The position numbers were made by a program, and so were the translations under genes. From Candidatus Pelagibacter sp. (GTDB taxonomy: Bacteria > Pseudomonadota > Alphaproteobacteria > Paracaedibacterales > CAIOTO01), in contig PNMQ01000002.1 of the NCBI GenBank assembly GCA_013823725.1, forward strand, positions 275,823-339,822: a stretch of DNA of 64,000 nucleotides, read 5' to 3'. Below the pieces are notes generated by a model that saw only the letters and a program-made list of their open reading frames with translations, had not been told where the DNA came from and did no database searches. This document shows positions 62,152 through 64,000 of this stretch, in pieces; within the stretch, counting starts at the first letter, position 1; every line of letters begins with the position of its first letter.

Positions 62152-62652
62152 TTACTCATAACTAGGAATAAGTCGAGCGGACTTAATTGTATCATACTTT
62201 AGTTCTAGTTTGAAGTTTTCATTTTTTTCATCATACGTGTCTACGGTTATACCTTTTTCTGATGCAAATTCCAACACACCTTTATGTCTTATGCGCGGGC
62301 TTTTTCCAACAGGATGACTTGTTTGCACCATTATTTTTTCACCAACAAACCTGATGAAATGATCTGGCTTTGTCAAAGGTCGGTCCATACCTGGTGAAGA
62401 AACCTCCAAATTATATGCATCTGAAATAAAGTTGTAGACATCTAAAACCGGAGATACTAGTCGACTAACTTTTTCACAATCTGTAACAGTAACTATTTGA
62501 CCATCTAAACGGTCAATCATAATTTGTAATGTTTTTCTTATGTTACCGTTCACTAAGATCCGAATAATCTCATAACCTTCTGCTTTTAAAAAATCAGATA
62601 GCTTGCTATTCATTTGCTCTGTAGTACTTGTAGTCTCTAAAATGTTATGCAC
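62152..62652 (-). CDS. rimP: Ribosome maturation factor RimP
   Basis: Pattern YNLEVSSPGMDRPL and position upstream of nusA. The true start may be the internal ATG at 62613. Confidence 0.85.
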   Translation of the reverse strand: MHNILETTSTTEQMNSKLSDFLKAEGYEIIRILVNGNIRKTLQIMIDRLDGQIVTVTDCEKVSRLVSPVLDVYNFISDAYNLEVSSPGMDRPLTKPDHFIRFVGEKIMVQTSHPVGKSPRIRHKGVLEFASEKGITVDTYDEKNENFKLELKYDTIKSARLIPSYE

Positions 62653-62786
62653 AAATAGTCATCAATAAACTTTTATAATATTTAAAATCATATTATTTTT
62701 CCACGCCAAAATCAAGATATTAAAACCAAACTGCACATTATTCATAAAAAACAGATTCATCTCTCGTCGTATTACAAATTTGCTGT

Positions 62787-63611
62787 TTATAATATTTCTT
62801 GTTTTAACAAACCATCAATCTTGATTTGCTGAATTTTTTCAGTCAATCCCGTTTTTGAATTAATCTCAGCATAAACAGCACATAATGTTGCAGGTCCATC
62901 AGCAGGTTGCATGCGGCCTAATGAAGGAATTTGCTTGACAAATTTATGCATAGGTACTGTTTTTTCCATACCCACAACAGAGTCGTAATCACCGCACATT
63001 CCTAAATCTGTGATGTACCCTGTTCCTTTAGTTAAAATCCGATAATCGCTAGTTGGGATGTGTGTGTGCGTCCCAACTACCAAACTAGCACGACCGTCGC
63101 AGAAATGGCCCATTGCCATTTTTTCTGAACTTGCTTCCCCATGAAAATCAATAACAATAGCATGATAAAGTTGAGGCATAGGGTTCTTTTGTAACAACAC
63201 ATCAATAGCATGAAAAGGATCGTCTAAGGGCTGCATAAAGACACGCGCCATAAGATTAACTACCAAAATTTTGAAACCTTTGAATGTTGTAATAACCGTA
63301 AATCCAAAACCAGGCGTTTTTTCTGGGTAATTCAAAGGACGAATTAATCTTTTTTCTTGAGAGATGTATGGAATAATTTCTTTTTGATCAAAAGCATGAT
63401 TACCTGTAGTAATCGCATCAACACCAAGTGCGAAAAATTCTTTACAAATTTGAGAACTTATCCCAAAACCATGGGCTGCATTTTCGCCATTAACTAGAAC
63501 TGCATCCAAATTCCATTCTTTGCGAAGACGCGGCAAATGTTTTTGCAAGACATCTCGACCTGTTTTACCAACAACATCGCCGCAAAATAACAACTTAATC
63601 ATTTGTGACAT
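62787..63611 (-). CDS. YmdB-like metallophosphoesterase (TIGR00282 type)
   Basis: N-terminus IKLLFCGDVVGKTGR, plus GENAAHGFG, TTGNHAFD and DFHGEASSEK, the typical YmdB metal-binding motifs. Confidence 0.85.
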   Translation of the reverse strand: MSQMIKLLFCGDVVGKTGRDVLQKHLPRLRKEWNLDAVLVNGENAAHGFGISSQICKEFFALGVDAITTGNHAFDQKEIIPYISQEKRLIRPLNYPEKTPGFGFTVITTFKGFKILVVNLMARVFMQPLDDPFHAIDVLLQKNPMPQLYHAIVIDFHGEASSEKMAMGHFCDGRASLVVGTHTHIPTSDYRILTKGTGYITDLGMCGDYDSVVGMEKTVPMHKFVKQIPSLGRMQPADGPATLCAVYAEINSKTGLTEKIQQIKIDGLLKQEIL

Positions 63612-63625
63612 ATTTAATTTTCTAA

Positions 63626-64000
63626 CTATAAAGATTTAAAATAAGCATGTAGCAATTTGTTATTTAAATCGTGCCCAGGATTATATGCTTTGTAGCTACC
63701 CTGAATAATGCCACCGCAAAGAGCAATATCTCCAATTGCATCAAGAACTTTGTGTCGAATCATCTCGTCTTGAGACCTTAAGCCATCTTCGTTCATAACA
63801 TTTGAATCTTTGATAATCACTGTATTTTTTAGCGACGCTCCCTTAGCAAGCCCCATGTCTTGTAATTTTTTTGCATCATCATATAACCCAAAAGTCCGTG
63901 CGTCAGAAAGAAGACTTTCAAAAGAATCATTCTCTAAATCAAAATAAAAACTACCCTCGTAAGGAGTTCCAGAAAAATTACCTGCAAAGTCAAAAAGAAC
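63626..64000 (-). CDS. lpxC: UDP-3-O-acyl-GlcNAc deacetylase, C-terminal part (5-prime end lies outside the window)
   Basis: HKVLDAIGDIALCGG and SYKAYNPGHDLNNKLL motifs. The frame stays open upstream of the track's ATG all the way to base 64000 (ARTFGLYDDAKKLQDMGLAKGASLKN). Confidence 0.9.
   Translation of the reverse strand, partial: VLFDFAGNFSGTPYEGSFYFDLENDSFESLLSDARTFGLYDDAKKLQDMGLAKGASLKNTVIIKDSNVMNEDGLRSQDEMIRHKVLDAIGDIALCGGIIQGSYKAYNPGHDLNNKLLHAYFKSL

Overview
This is an AT-rich bacterial chromosome segment. Gene content and order look like a host-associated alphaproteobacterium. That is an inference from the flgF-flgG-flgA-flgH order, an atpH-A-G-D F1 operon, the glyA-nrdR pair, rpoH and a TlyC/CNNM-type protein; no taxon can be assigned from the sequence alone. 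I can support about 55 protein-coding genes, 3 tRNAs (Glu-CUC, Arg-UCU, Thr-GGU), several hairpin terminators and a few repeats. I found no rRNA, no CRISPR array, and no recognisable transposase, integrase or phage gene. Most of the window is housekeeping: secA, obg, folB, folE, dnaX-ybaB, F1 ATP synthase, ftsK, rpoH, typA, nrdR, glyA, alr, rimP-nusA-infB-rbfA and partial lpxC. I do not see a clear-cut novel multi-gene system. The best leads are: (1) an intact tssF-tssG type VI baseplate pair with no other T6SS gene in 64 kb; (2) two paralogous GT10 (fucosyltransferase)-like proteins with N-terminal signal or anchor sequences; (3) a lipoprotein reading frame broken by a single in-frame TAA; (4) a 168-bp duplicated copy of the 3-prime end of a MotB/OmpA-like gene, lying in frame with a small lipoprotein ORF; (5) a 710-aa orphan protein behind a near-consensus promoter; (6) an F1 operon with no atpC, joined directly to dnaX-ybaB and an orphan ABC permease. 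All functions are assigned from motifs read by eye in the supplied translations. No database search was run.
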